Source: an uncultured Gammaproteobacteria bacterium (GTDB lineage: Bacteria > Patescibacteriota > Patescibacteriia > UBA9934). Taken from it: a stretch of DNA of 64,000 nt. How positions within the stretch are numbered: position 1 is the stretch's first letter; every line of letters starts with the position of its first letter. This document shows, piece by piece, positions 26,610 to 36,489 of this stretch. A program made the translations under genes and the position numbers. The notes below the pieces were generated by a model. It was given only the letters and a program-made list of their open reading frames with translations. It had not been told where the DNA came from and did no database searches. Where the stretch lies: contig CAZREA010000002.1 of NCBI GenBank assembly GCA_964599455.1, positions 51,810 through 115,809 on the forward strand. Direction: 5' to 3'.

Positions 26610-27395
26610 ATGGCGTCACTGGGGGAACAACGAGCAATGGCCACGCAATTGCGTGCCGATCAGCATGCTGCCCGCTTTGGTGGATCGGCCTCTTTAGGAT
26701 TAAACAATAGTGATTTTCTTGGCCTTGCCCCTGAAGACGAAAACCTCACCACTCTCGAATCAGAAGACGATCTCGTAGACCGCTATCTGGACGGAGGAGA
26801 TGACGGCAATCCCTGGACCCTCCCCCCGTCAGCATTCAATGCCGAAACGCAACGCCTACGTGTTGCACAGGGGATTGGTGCGCCCGATACATTCGATGAA
26901 AGCACTGCCAATCTTCTTGATCCTGAAAGCGATGACGAAATGACATTCGGTGAAGAACTTGATGCCGCCGATGAAGCTGATGATGCCGAAGCTGCACAAG
27001 ATGTAGAGCGACGCGCAAATGCTGCCGCAGAAGCACAAGAAGAAGATGATTTTAAAAAAGAGAAACGCGAATTTATCATGAGGTTTACCGGCAACAGTGG
27101 GAATGCGGGTGACTCGATAGGAGCGGCAGGATTTACGGTTTTTCTTGTCACGGGCCTTTGGTATCTAGGAAGACTTGTCTGTACTATCTTCGTCTCTGAC
27201 TATAGACAAGATATTGTCTGGCAAAATTTTCCTCACTATACATTTAAAAAACCAGCAGACTGTGCATATGGACTTGCGTACTTCTTTGCTCTTCTTCTTT
27301 TAGGAAGTGCGGGATTAGCACTCTTTTTCGGTATAATTTCCATTATCTACATCCAAGTAACCAACGTCATTAGCATTATCGAATTTGTTTCTTAA
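26610..27395 (+). CDS. Hypothetical membrane protein with acidic N-terminus
   Basis: Long ORF, two C-terminal TM segments; start placed at ATG 26610. Confidence 0.65.
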   Translation: MASLGEQRAMATQLRADQHAARFGGSASLGLNNSDFLGLAPEDENLTTLESEDDLVDRYLDGGDDGNPWTLPPSAFNAETQRLRVAQGIGAPDTFDESTANLLDPESDDEMTFGEELDAADEADDAEAAQDVERRANAAAEAQEEDDFKKEKREFIMRFTGNSGNAGDSIGAAGFTVFLVTGLWYLGRLVCTIFVSDYRQDIVWQNFPHYTFKKPADCAYGLAYFFALLLLGSAGLALFFGIISIIYIQVTNVISIIEFVS

Positions 27396-27401
27396 AATAC
27401 T

Positions 27402-28631
27402 ATGGAACTCTCTGAACGCAGCAAAACCATTCTCAAACTCGTCGCCTTTCTTGGCGTCACGTTCGTTATTGGCTTTGCCCTCTATACCCTTTTCTTTTCT
27501 TCTTCGCCCTCGGTAAGCGGTCCGGGCAACACCACATCCGATAACACCAATCAAGGATCATTACCCAATGCCGGTGATTCAAACGGAACCCCCACAACAA
27601 GTCAACCGGGAACGGATGATGAACCCGGGCGACTGGAGCCTTCTCCCGTTGCTGATGGCGGCCTAACGTTTACCACCCAAATTACGAACACTGCCGTTTC
27701 TAGCCCCACCATCATGACCGATGGAAATATCGCCTATTACGATCCAGCTGATGGACGCTTTTATTCGATTAATGAAAAAGGAACGGTCGAAGCACTCAGC
27801 TTAGCGCAATTTCCGGAAGCAGAAAACGTCGTGTTTGATGCCGGAGCTACTGAGGCTGTTATCGAATTCCCTGATGGTAGTAATATCGTGTACAACTTTG
27901 AAACAGCCGAACAGGTCACACTTCCCGAACATTGGAGTGAATTCTCTTTCTCGGCAGATGGAACCGATATTGCGTCAAAAAGTTTGGGAAATGATGTCTC
28001 GAGTCGAGCACTCGTCATCACCTCGGCCGATGGTTCATCGACTGAAGTAGTGGCCAGCTTAGGAGACAATGCCGATAAAATCGATGTCGATTGGTCGCCA
28101 GCAGGAGATATTGTCGGATTCTCGGAAACAGGCGGAGGAGCATCGGCATTTGGGCAGAATAAAATTTATACGATCGGTACCGATGGTGAAGCATCGGGAA
28201 TTTTCACGGTAAACGGATCAAACTTTTTATCGGAATGGTCTCCGAGTGGAAAGTATCTTTTGTACTCAGTTGCTGATGCGAGTGATGACTATCGTGCCAG
28301 CTTGTGGTATGTCGATGCGCGCGGCGATCGCAAGGGTGATACGCGGGTTCGGCTTTCGGTAAAAACAACGGCAAATAAATGCGCGTTTGCTTCTGAAACC
28401 GTGGTGTACTGTGCCGTTCCCAATACCATGCCCACCGGTGGTGGTACCAGTGCATCGCTCATCACCTCCCCCGACACGCTGTATAAAATTACCGTTCCTT
28501 CGGGGAAAGCATCGGTTGCTGCTATTCCTGCTGCTGATACGCAAATGTTCAACCTTTCCCTTTCTGCCGACGGAGATATCCTCTATTTTACCGATGAAAG
28601 CGGCAAACTGAACGTCATTCGCTTACAATAA
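27402..28631 (+). CDS. Membrane-anchored TolB-like beta-propeller protein
   Basis: N-terminal TM, low-complexity linker, repeated FSADG/WSPAG/WSPSG/LSADG blades. Confidence 0.75.
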   Translation: MELSERSKTILKLVAFLGVTFVIGFALYTLFFSSSPSVSGPGNTTSDNTNQGSLPNAGDSNGTPTTSQPGTDDEPGRLEPSPVADGGLTFTTQITNTAVSSPTIMTDGNIAYYDPADGRFYSINEKGTVEALSLAQFPEAENVVFDAGATEAVIEFPDGSNIVYNFETAEQVTLPEHWSEFSFSADGTDIASKSLGNDVSSRALVITSADGSSTEVVASLGDNADKIDVDWSPAGDIVGFSETGGGASAFGQNKIYTIGTDGEASGIFTVNGSNFLSEWSPSGKYLLYSVADASDDYRASLWYVDARGDRKGDTRVRLSVKTTANKCAFASETVVYCAVPNTMPTGGGTSASLITSPDTLYKITVPSGKASVAAIPAADTQMFNLSLSADGDILYFTDESGKLNVIRLQ

Positions 28632-28636
28632 ACTCT

Positions 28637-29281
28637 ATGCGCGACTATTTTTGGCACATCATGATTTCTCTCGGCATTCTTGCCGTCATTGTGGTCGTTT
28701 TTCTCATTAGCTCGCTGCGCTTTTCTGACTCCATCACCTACACCGATGAAGAAACACTCACTACCCCCAGCGTCACCGTTGCCGACCCACAACGAGGCAA
28801 TACTGAGGCAAAAGTACGCATCGTAGTGTTTAGTGATTACGCCTGTCCGAGTTGCGCTACACTCGACACCACACTGCAAGCACTTTCAGAAAAATATCCC
28901 GATGATCTTTTGGTTGTTTGGAAAGATATGCCGAATGATACACGTTATCCGCAAGCCATCCCGGCAGCCATCGCTGCACGCTGCGCGGGCGAACAAAAAC
29001 AATTCTGGGCCTATCACGATCTCCTCTTACAAAATCAAGCTCAACTAGGAGACGAGCTGTACAGCGGCATTGCCACTTCTCTTAAACTCAACGAACAAAC
29101 CTTTAATCGTTGCCGCGAAACCGAAAGCACTAAACCCCTCGTTGAACGCACCTTCAATGAAGGTATCGCGCTCGGTATCACCGCCACGCCGACTGTATGG
29201 ATCAATGACGAACGATACACAGGATTAACGAGCACATCTGAACTTGAACGTGCTTTCAAAACTGCTCTAAATAAAAAATAA
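28637..29281 (+). CDS. DsbA-family thiol-disulfide oxidoreductase
   Basis: FSDYACPSC active site, QFWAYHD, ATPT cis-Pro loop, TM anchor. Confidence 0.92.
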   Translation: MRDYFWHIMISLGILAVIVVVFLISSLRFSDSITYTDEETLTTPSVTVADPQRGNTEAKVRIVVFSDYACPSCATLDTTLQALSEKYPDDLLVVWKDMPNDTRYPQAIPAAIAARCAGEQKQFWAYHDLLLQNQAQLGDELYSGIATSLKLNEQTFNRCRETESTKPLVERTFNEGIALGITATPTVWINDERYTGLTSTSELERAFKTALNKK

Positions 29282-29285
29282 TTCT

Positions 29286-30680
29286 GTGTCTTTTTCTCGT
29301 ACTCTCTTCTCTTCCCTTTTGCTGTGCATACTGACAGCTCTTTTTCCTTTTTCTCAAGCTCAAGCTGCCATAAGTTGCTCGACCAATGTATCGTGCATCT
29401 GTTCGGGAAGCATGGACGATGGCACGGTTCCGGGAAGAGAGTTGAGTTATGATTACGCAAAAAGCAAGGAGTCTTGTTACGAACGGTGCGCAGCCTTTGG
29501 CAGCATATCGTACGAACTGCAGTGCAATGGAACTACGCTTGAACAGGGCAATATTCAGCAACTGGACTCAGTAAATACTTCCCGTGTTGATGAAAAAAAA
29601 ATTCCTAATCTCAATGTCGAAATTCCGGGATTAACAGAAGAAGAATTGGAAGCCTCCGTCACTACCGATGAGCAAGGCAATATTGAAACTAATCTTATTG
29701 GCGTCTATGTAAATGCCGTTTTCATGTACGGCATCGTGGTGGCTACCATCGTCGCCGTCGTAATATTGATGATTGCAGGTTTCCAATACATGACCGCGGG
29801 AGGGAATAAGAAAGGTGTCACCCAAGCCAAAGAGCGGATTCGTAATACGGTCATTGGCCTCATTCTCCTTTTAAGTTGTTACAGCATTGCCTTTTTAATC
29901 GATCCACGCACCACGCGTTTTAGTCCGCTATCGTTACAAAATATTGATGCCATTGAATACTTCCCCCCGGAAGGAGAGGATCTTGATCTCACACCCAATG
30001 ACAGCTTAACCGGTGCAACTGAAGCCATGTCCGGCAATTACTTAAACGCCCCCAGCGCATATATGCGCTACCCTGCCGGAGCACGACTTGATGGAGAAAC
30101 CTTGGAGGCGCTTCGAGAAGCTGCGAAGGATTTTTATACAACCTATAAAAAACGGATTGTCATTACCTCGGCCACGCGTGATTTAGAAAAACAAGCAAGA
30201 CTTTTTTATAATAATTGCCTCAAAACTGGCGGTGTTTGCTCGATACCAACTTGTAATCCGGCCAGTAGCAGCGTCATTTTGAAACAAGATGGTTTATACA
30301 AACTCACCGGTACCCTTCGGGGCGTCACCAATGGCACTACCATCATTACGGAGATGGTGGCCAATGCCAAATACGGCAACTGTCCCCACACCTCAGCCGT
30401 TGCCATTGATGCCTGGTGTGACGACGGTGGATCAAACTATCAACACAATCCTACTTGTCAGGCAAATCTCATTACCACCATGATTAAACATGGATTTTGT
30501 CGTCTCAAATCCGAAGTTTGGCATTTTGAATTGAATACCAAAAAAGTTTCCACCAATTGCTCAGCCAGTAATAGCTCGATCATTTATAGCACCGCCAATT
30601 CTGGCAATGTCGCCCCTCCTGCAAATTGCCAAAAATGGGATTTTAAAAAACATACGTGTATTGTAAAGGTGGTGGAGTGA
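29286..30680 (+). CDS. VirB2/TrbC-type pilin-like protein fused to an M15 (LAS) peptidase domain
   Basis: Pilin-like AGFQYMTAGGN...AKERIRNTVIGLILLL; peptidase ITSATR..Q, HTSAVAID, EVWHFE; many Cys. Confidence 0.75.
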   Translation: MSFSRTLFSSLLLCILTALFPFSQAQAAISCSTNVSCICSGSMDDGTVPGRELSYDYAKSKESCYERCAAFGSISYELQCNGTTLEQGNIQQLDSVNTSRVDEKKIPNLNVEIPGLTEEELEASVTTDEQGNIETNLIGVYVNAVFMYGIVVATIVAVVILMIAGFQYMTAGGNKKGVTQAKERIRNTVIGLILLLSCYSIAFLIDPRTTRFSPLSLQNIDAIEYFPPEGEDLDLTPNDSLTGATEAMSGNYLNAPSAYMRYPAGARLDGETLEALREAAKDFYTTYKKRIVITSATRDLEKQARLFYNNCLKTGGVCSIPTCNPASSSVILKQDGLYKLTGTLRGVTNGTTIITEMVANAKYGNCPHTSAVAIDAWCDDGGSNYQHNPTCQANLITTMIKHGFCRLKSEVWHFELNTKKVSTNCSASNSSIIYSTANSGNVAPPANCQKWDFKKHTCIVKVVE

Positions 30681-30762
30681 TGATATAGAAAGTGATCGGT
30701 TAAAGCGGTAAAAACGTTTAACCGGTTAACCAATTTGATCGCCTTAACCACTTTAACCGTTT

Positions 30763-32067
30763 ATGTTTACCTGCTCCCACTGCGACACCCAATACCCCAA
30801 ATGGACCGGGCGATGCACCGAATGCGGCAAATGGGGCACGATTATCGATGAAGATGAAACTGCGTCCAGCGCAATGACCACCGCACCCACAACCACCAAA
30901 AAAGGACAAAAGAAAACCAAGGCCGCACCCGTCATTTCTCTAGCACATGCCCAACATCTCACAGCGGTGCGCGAAGAGACCGGGATTGTCGAATTTGATC
31001 GTGTTCTCGGGGGTGGATTAGTTGCAGGATCAGTAACACTTCTTGCAGGCGAACCGGGCATCGGAAAATCGACACTCGTTGCGCAACTTGCAGGAGCACT
31101 GAGCACTCATAAGAAAACGGTATATTACGCCTCGGGCGAAGAATCGGAAGGGCAAGTGCAACTGCGCTGCAAACGCCTTGCGATTCCCACCAAACAGATC
31201 GTCTTCTCCAATACTGTTGACGTTGCCAGCATCATTGCCGCAGCACAAACACAATCATTGTCGCTTCTCATCATCGATTCGATTCAAACCATGTATGTAG
31301 AAGAAGTTGATGCGGTCCCCGGCTCTCCGAATGCAGTAAAGGCGGCGACTGCACAACTGGTTGGTTACGCCAAGGCAAAAAATGTGCCGGTGTTAATTAT
31401 TGGGCAAGTTACGAAAGAGGGGTCAGTTGCTGGTCCCAAAACACTCGAACATCTGGTTGATACAGTACTTACTCTTGAAGGTGATCCGGATGCACCCTAT
31501 CGCATGTTGCGCGTTGCCAAGCATCGTTTTGGCAGCACTGAAGAGATTGGCGTTTTTGAGATGACCGAACAAGGTTTGGCAACCGTTGAAAATCCTTCGG
31601 CACGTTTTTTGGCAGAGCGAGTGCCCGGTGCGGGATCGGTTGTTTGTGCCATCATGGATGGCAACCGACCGTTTCTGGTTGAAGTACAGGCACTTGTGGA
31701 AAAAAGCTTTTTTGCTAATCCGGTACGCCGCACATCAGGCTATGACAATGGGCGTTTACAAATGCTCCTTGCCATTATCAATAAACGTGCTGGCGTGCGA
31801 TTGTACGATCAAGATGTCTACGTCAATATTGTTGGTGGCGTAAAGGTCAATGAAAATGCTGCTGATTTAGCCGTTGCGGCAGCGATTATCTCTGCTGCGC
31901 AAAATAGAACCTTTGCCAAAGAGACGATCTTTTTTGGTGAAGTTGGACTTGGTGGAGAAATTCGCACCGTCCCCTTTCATGATCGTCGAGCAAAAGAAGC
32001 TGAGCGATACGGTTTTACTACGATCATGTCACCAAAAACGATGAAACAGGTAAAAGAACTTGTTTAA
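30763..32067 (+). CDS. radA: DNA repair protein RadA/Sms
   Basis: C4 zinc finger, GEPGIGKST, IDSIQT, KHRFG (KNRFG motif), GEVGLGGE. Confidence 0.97.
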   Translation: MFTCSHCDTQYPKWTGRCTECGKWGTIIDEDETASSAMTTAPTTTKKGQKKTKAAPVISLAHAQHLTAVREETGIVEFDRVLGGGLVAGSVTLLAGEPGIGKSTLVAQLAGALSTHKKTVYYASGEESEGQVQLRCKRLAIPTKQIVFSNTVDVASIIAAAQTQSLSLLIIDSIQTMYVEEVDAVPGSPNAVKAATAQLVGYAKAKNVPVLIIGQVTKEGSVAGPKTLEHLVDTVLTLEGDPDAPYRMLRVAKHRFGSTEEIGVFEMTEQGLATVENPSARFLAERVPGAGSVVCAIMDGNRPFLVEVQALVEKSFFANPVRRTSGYDNGRLQMLLAIINKRAGVRLYDQDVYVNIVGGVKVNENAADLAVAAAIISAAQNRTFAKETIFFGEVGLGGEIRTVPFHDRRAKEAERYGFTTIMSPKTMKQVKELV

Positions 32068-32100
32068 GGGATTTTTCCATGCTATTTTCCTTACAGAAAT

Positions 32101-32493
32101 ATGCCTCCTCTCTCTCCCTTACAGTACCGTTGGTCCTTGGTAAAGAAAGCGCTTTTCGGAGATCATGAAATTATCTACGAAGTTTTGGTGCATCATAAAA
32201 ATAATCTGCCTGCAAAAAATGTAGAAGTTTCTTGGCAAAGAGATGGTGAATATATTGTCGGAACAATCATGACAGGCGGCGAAACCTACATGACCCAAGC
32301 GCGTTCAGCTCAGGAATTTGTAGAAATGGTTAATGACGCACTCTATGCGGCATATGAGGTTCCTCAAGAATACGCTCAGCAACTCGGAGGATATTATCGT
32401 CTCATGCCATCAGCGGATGAATTTAACAGATTGAATAATGTAGCGATCAAAAAGTCGTCGCTCAATTTTGATAGAACAGCTATAGCTGCATAA
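32101..32493 (+). CDS. Putative HicB-like antitoxin
   Basis: VSWQRDGEYIVG...TQARSAQEFVEMVNDAL resembles the HicB partial RNase-H fold. Confidence 0.55.
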   Translation: MPPLSPLQYRWSLVKKALFGDHEIIYEVLVHHKNNLPAKNVEVSWQRDGEYIVGTIMTGGETYMTQARSAQEFVEMVNDALYAAYEVPQEYAQQLGGYYRLMPSADEFNRLNNVAIKKSSLNFDRTAIAA

Positions 32494-32499
32494 ATTCCT

Positions 32500-32751
32500 A
32501 TGGGGGAATATGCCGATGTCAAACGCAAAAGAATACTTAAGCTCCTGAAATGGTTGGATGCGCAATCAGGTTTCTCAATAGATCATGGCGGCAATCATCA
32601 GTGGAATGTAAAACATGTTTCGTGGCTAAGACCATTCCCCATTCCCTTCAAACATAATATTGTGAACAAACACATCATAAAAGCACTGATGGAAAAGGTG
32701 ATAGAAACAACTGTCTGTACGAAAGAGGAATTTGATCAACGATTAAAATAG
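32500..32751 (+). CDS. Putative HicA-like toxin
   Basis: 83 aa, basic, GGNH...FPIPFKH resembling HicA GSH...VPxH. Confidence 0.55.
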   Translation: MGEYADVKRKRILKLLKWLDAQSGFSIDHGGNHQWNVKHVSWLRPFPIPFKHNIVNKHIIKALMEKVIETTVCTKEEFDQRLK

Positions 32752-32847
32752 GGAAAGATGATTCAACGAGTCGTCTTTTTTTAAATTCTTGACCATAGAT
32801 TTTGAACTGCTACCCTGGTACCGCCTTTTGGTAGGAGGATATACTTC

Positions 32848-33732
32848 ATGAGAATCAGTCGAGAACTTTCACGACAAGATGCGGAAAGAGCCGCACAGTC
32901 GCTTCGGGAACTTTTGCCAAACGGGGAAATTCCCCGCGTGGCCGTCGTTCTCGGCAGCGGCTGGGGCGATGCTCTTCCTTTGCAGGTTGCTCATGAGCGG
33001 CCCCTGCACGGAGGAGTGTCAGGCTTCGAGGACCTCGAACCTCATCCAACCCACGCGCGCAGAGTGCGTGTCGGAACCGTCAACGGAATATTGGTGATTG
33101 CGCTCCAAGGGCGCATTCATCTCAACGATGCGCTTCCGGGAACGACGGAGGAAGGTCGAATCTACGCCATGACGCGTCTGCAGGTGGAGATGCTGTACGC
33201 CCTGGGCGTACGCACCTTCATCCTGACCTGTGCCGCGGGTAGGTTGAGACCGAAGGGAAAGCCGCTGATCCCGGTAGGCAGCCTGGTGGTCATGGACGGT
33301 TTCGTGACCGGTTTTGCTCCGGCTATGCCGGGATTCAGTGGTGAGTTCCGAACCGCTGAAGATCTCCTCATCCACGAAAAGGAGGTGCTCAACGCCATCA
33401 AGAAAGGCGCACGGAATAATCCAAAAGTTCGAGTCGGCGGCTACCTCATGGTTCGCGGCCCGTTCTTTGAGGGGCGGAGGTACGACAAGCGGGTATATGC
33501 CAATACCGGCGCAAGCGTCATTGGCATGAGCGTGCTGCCCGAGGCAGCAGCACTCGCCGCTGCTTCGATGGGACGCGAGTCGTGCCGCATCGTAGGACTC
33601 GCCTTCGTCAGCAACGACGAGAAAGAGGTACACAGCGACGAAGAGATCCGTCGTCGTGCAGGCGAGTCGAGCGTCAAGCTCGGCGGGGCGCTCGAGCGCC
33701 TTATCGCGTACCTCGACACGAATCCGCAGTGA
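32848..33732 (+). CDS. Divergent purine-nucleoside phosphorylase (GC-rich island gene)
   Basis: AVVLGSGWG, QGRIH, LTCAAG, GPFFE, GASVIGMSVLPEA; AGGAGG SD. Confidence 0.85.
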   Translation: MRISRELSRQDAERAAQSLRELLPNGEIPRVAVVLGSGWGDALPLQVAHERPLHGGVSGFEDLEPHPTHARRVRVGTVNGILVIALQGRIHLNDALPGTTEEGRIYAMTRLQVEMLYALGVRTFILTCAAGRLRPKGKPLIPVGSLVVMDGFVTGFAPAMPGFSGEFRTAEDLLIHEKEVLNAIKKGARNNPKVRVGGYLMVRGPFFEGRRYDKRVYANTGASVIGMSVLPEAAALAAASMGRESCRIVGLAFVSNDEKEVHSDEEIRRRAGESSVKLGGALERLIAYLDTNPQ

Positions 33733-33776
33733 CCGTAGGCCCATGCTGCACTCACGTGCGGCATGGGCCTTCATGT

Positions 33777-35852
33777 TTATTCCAGATGCACCGCCTCGAC
33801 GTATTCTTGTAATTTATTTTTCAATGGTGGGAAAGCGGTGAGTTCGGGACTTTGGTCAAGCAGTTCTTTGGCAAAATCTTTGGCGTACGACATTAAATCA
33901 ATATCTTCACGCGTGCCAAGCGCAAATTGCTGGAAGCCTGATTGCTCGGTACCAAAAATATTCCCGCCACCGCGCAATTGCAAATCTTTTTCCGCCAAAT
34001 CAAAACCATCTTGATTGTCTTCAATCGCAAGCAAACGCTCACGAGCAACTTCTCCAAGCACGCCTGAAGGATGCAAAAAACAATAACTCTGATCATCACC
34101 ACGCCCGACACGACCACGCAACTGATGCAGCTGCGCTAAACCAAATCGCTCCGCACCTTCAACATACATCACGGTTGCATTTGGCACGTCCACTCCCACT
34201 TCAACAACGGTTGTAGAAATAAGCATATCGGCTTCACCTTGAGCGAAAGCACGCATGACATCGTCTTTTTCTTTGGTTTTCATGCGACCATGGAGCATGG
34301 CAATGCGATACTTTTTAAAAGGACCAGTCACAAATTCTTTCATAACTTCATGTACTGAATTTGCTCCCAAGGCATCCGATTCTTCAATGAGCGGACAAAC
34401 GACAAACACCTGACGACCCGCATCCATTTCGGTACGCATGCGCGAAAATGCTTCTTCTTCCCGACCAAGATCGGTAATTTTCGTTAAAATCGGCTTTCGG
34501 CCAGCAGGATATTCATCCAAAATCGAACGATCCAAGTCTCCATAGAGCACAAGCGCGAGCGAGCGAGGAATCGGTGTTGCCGTCATCGATAACAAATGCG
34601 GCACCACCTCTCCACCCCCATGCTTATCTTTTAATGCCTGGCGCTGACGCACACCAAAACGATGCTGCTCATCAACGACCACTAATCCCAGTCGATCAAA
34701 AAAGACATCTTGGGTTAACAAGGCGTGCGTACCAATGACAATATGCACGGCGCCATTTTTCAGTGCGGCGAGCAGTTGTGCTTTGGTGACCTCCTTATCA
34801 CCAATGCGACGCTTTGTGCGTGTATAGAGTGCGATGGAAAGTTTTTTGCCAAACAATTTTTGCAATGTTTGGGCGTGTTGTTCGGCAAGAATTTCCGTTG
34901 GGGCCAATAACGCAGTCTGCAATCCTTCCTGTGCGGCATTCAAGGCAACAAGTGCCGCTACAATCGTTTTTCCACTTCCCACATCACCCTCCAGTAACCG
35001 ATTCATGGGCTCAGGTCGATCCATGTCTTTAATAATTGCCCAGATGGCTTTTCGCTGCGCTCCAGTTAACTGAAAGGGTAAATCAGCAACCGCTTTCTTT
35101 ACGACATTTTCAACAAAAGGAACGCGAGGCGCGCGATGCTGACGTAAATCACGCCGACTTTTCGCATGCAATAATTGATATAAGAAAAATTCATCAAACT
35201 TCATGCGTCGTAACGCACGATTTTTGTCTTCCGAAGTAGGAGGAAAATGGAGTAAAGGCAACGCCTCATGCAAAGTAAGTAAATCAGCTTCTCTCATGAT
35301 GCGCTCAGGAATCCATTCTTCGACTTCTTTTAGCGCAGAAAGAGCTACCTCGACAACCTTGCGACGCATTTTCTGCGTCAAACCACCGGTCAATTTATAA
35401 ATCGGCATGATACGACCCGTTTCCTTTGCACCCTTTGCGGTACCTAATACTTCGTAGACGGGATTTACCAATGAAAGCCCATACCGATCATCAACTTTTC
35501 CCGCCAACGAAACAATCTGTCCCGGTTTCATGATTTTAGTAAGAAACCCCTGATGGAACCATATACCTTTGATTGAAGCGCTACCGTCGCTTACTAATAC
35601 TTCCGTAATCATCATGCGTCCATTTTTTGCACCTTTACGATTTTGAATCGCCATGACACTTCCTTGTACCGTTACTTTTTGTCCTGGCTTTACATCGGCA
35701 ATTGCAAGTGTATGGGAAAGATCATCGTAACGAAAGGGGAAATCAAAAAGCGCATCTTTTACTGTTTGTATACCAAGACGCGTAAAATCTTTAGCCTTTG
35801 CGGCACCAATGCCCACGATTAATGAAATATTGCTCGTTAACCGAAATGCCAT
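33777..35852 (-). CDS. recG: ATP-dependent DNA helicase RecG
   Basis: Wedge OB domain, GDVGSGKT, DEQHRFG, MTATPIPR, QLRGRVGRG. Confidence 0.98.
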   Translation of the reverse strand: MAFRLTSNISLIVGIGAAKAKDFTRLGIQTVKDALFDFPFRYDDLSHTLAIADVKPGQKVTVQGSVMAIQNRKGAKNGRMMITEVLVSDGSASIKGIWFHQGFLTKIMKPGQIVSLAGKVDDRYGLSLVNPVYEVLGTAKGAKETGRIMPIYKLTGGLTQKMRRKVVEVALSALKEVEEWIPERIMREADLLTLHEALPLLHFPPTSEDKNRALRRMKFDEFFLYQLLHAKSRRDLRQHRAPRVPFVENVVKKAVADLPFQLTGAQRKAIWAIIKDMDRPEPMNRLLEGDVGSGKTIVAALVALNAAQEGLQTALLAPTEILAEQHAQTLQKLFGKKLSIALYTRTKRRIGDKEVTKAQLLAALKNGAVHIVIGTHALLTQDVFFDRLGLVVVDEQHRFGVRQRQALKDKHGGGEVVPHLLSMTATPIPRSLALVLYGDLDRSILDEYPAGRKPILTKITDLGREEEAFSRMRTEMDAGRQVFVVCPLIEESDALGANSVHEVMKEFVTGPFKKYRIAMLHGRMKTKEKDDVMRAFAQGEADMLISTTVVEVGVDVPNATVMYVEGAERFGLAQLHQLRGRVGRGDDQSYCFLHPSGVLGEVARERLLAIEDNQDGFDLAEKDLQLRGGGNIFGTEQSGFQQFALGTREDIDLMSYAKDFAKELLDQSPELTAFPPLKNKLQEYVEAVHLE

Positions 35853-35918
35853 AATCGCACATCACAAGAAAAAGATCTTGGCGATTATATCGCGTTTGTG
35901 AAAAAAGGCAAGCTCTCC

Positions 35919-36476
35919 CTACTTCCTCGCTACGTATACCGTCAGTGGCGGAATGTTCCACCAGATCATAAAATGTTTTACTCTTGAAAAAGATAAGGGG
36001 AGATATTTGGCAATAGTATGCGTAAATTGAAAAATCAAAAAAATGCCCTCTGGCTTCAGGACGTGGGCCGTGGCCCGTACAATGGTATTGGCAAGTTCGG
36101 GTGTAAAAAAAGAAAACGGAATGCTCGAAATCACCGCATCTACCCCCTCCACTTCATGTTCTTTCACGATATGTGCAACATTCTGCGCCAAACCACGCAC
36201 AATAACCACTCGTTCATCATGACTAAATTTTTCTTTCAGCTGCAACAAGAATGTTTCATTTTGTTCAATAAGAATAAGACGTGAGGTTGGACTCATACGT
36301 CGGGCAACCTCACCTGATACCGGACCAAGACCGGGGCCATATTCAACAACCACGACTGGCTTAGAAAAATCGAGTTGATCAACAATCTTTTTTGCTGCCG
36401 ATGGCACCGTTTGCACAATCGATGCAACATTTTTGAGATCCCGAAAAAACGTGGAGAGAAACTTTAATGCTTCCAT
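35919..36476 (-). CDS. SAM-dependent methyltransferase (PmtA-like phospholipid N-methyltransferase)
   Basis: VVEYGPGLG, VISSIPF, FQF, NIPP; start at ATG 36476. Confidence 0.8.
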   Translation of the reverse strand: MEALKFLSTFFRDLKNVASIVQTVPSAAKKIVDQLDFSKPVVVVEYGPGLGPVSGEVARRMSPTSRLILIEQNETFLLQLKEKFSHDERVVIVRGLAQNVAHIVKEHEVEGVDAVISSIPFSFFTPELANTIVRATAHVLKPEGIFLIFQFTHTIAKYLPLSFSRVKHFMIWWNIPPLTVYVARK

Positions 36477-36489
36477 AGCGCCCAGCAGT

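Noticed and set aside
30697-30762. Short periodic repeats (GGTTAA/TTAACC), also ACGGAT runs at 10430-10465
   Set aside because: Not CRISPR: no constant repeat-spacer units and no cas genes; degenerate ~9-nt low-complexity repeats.
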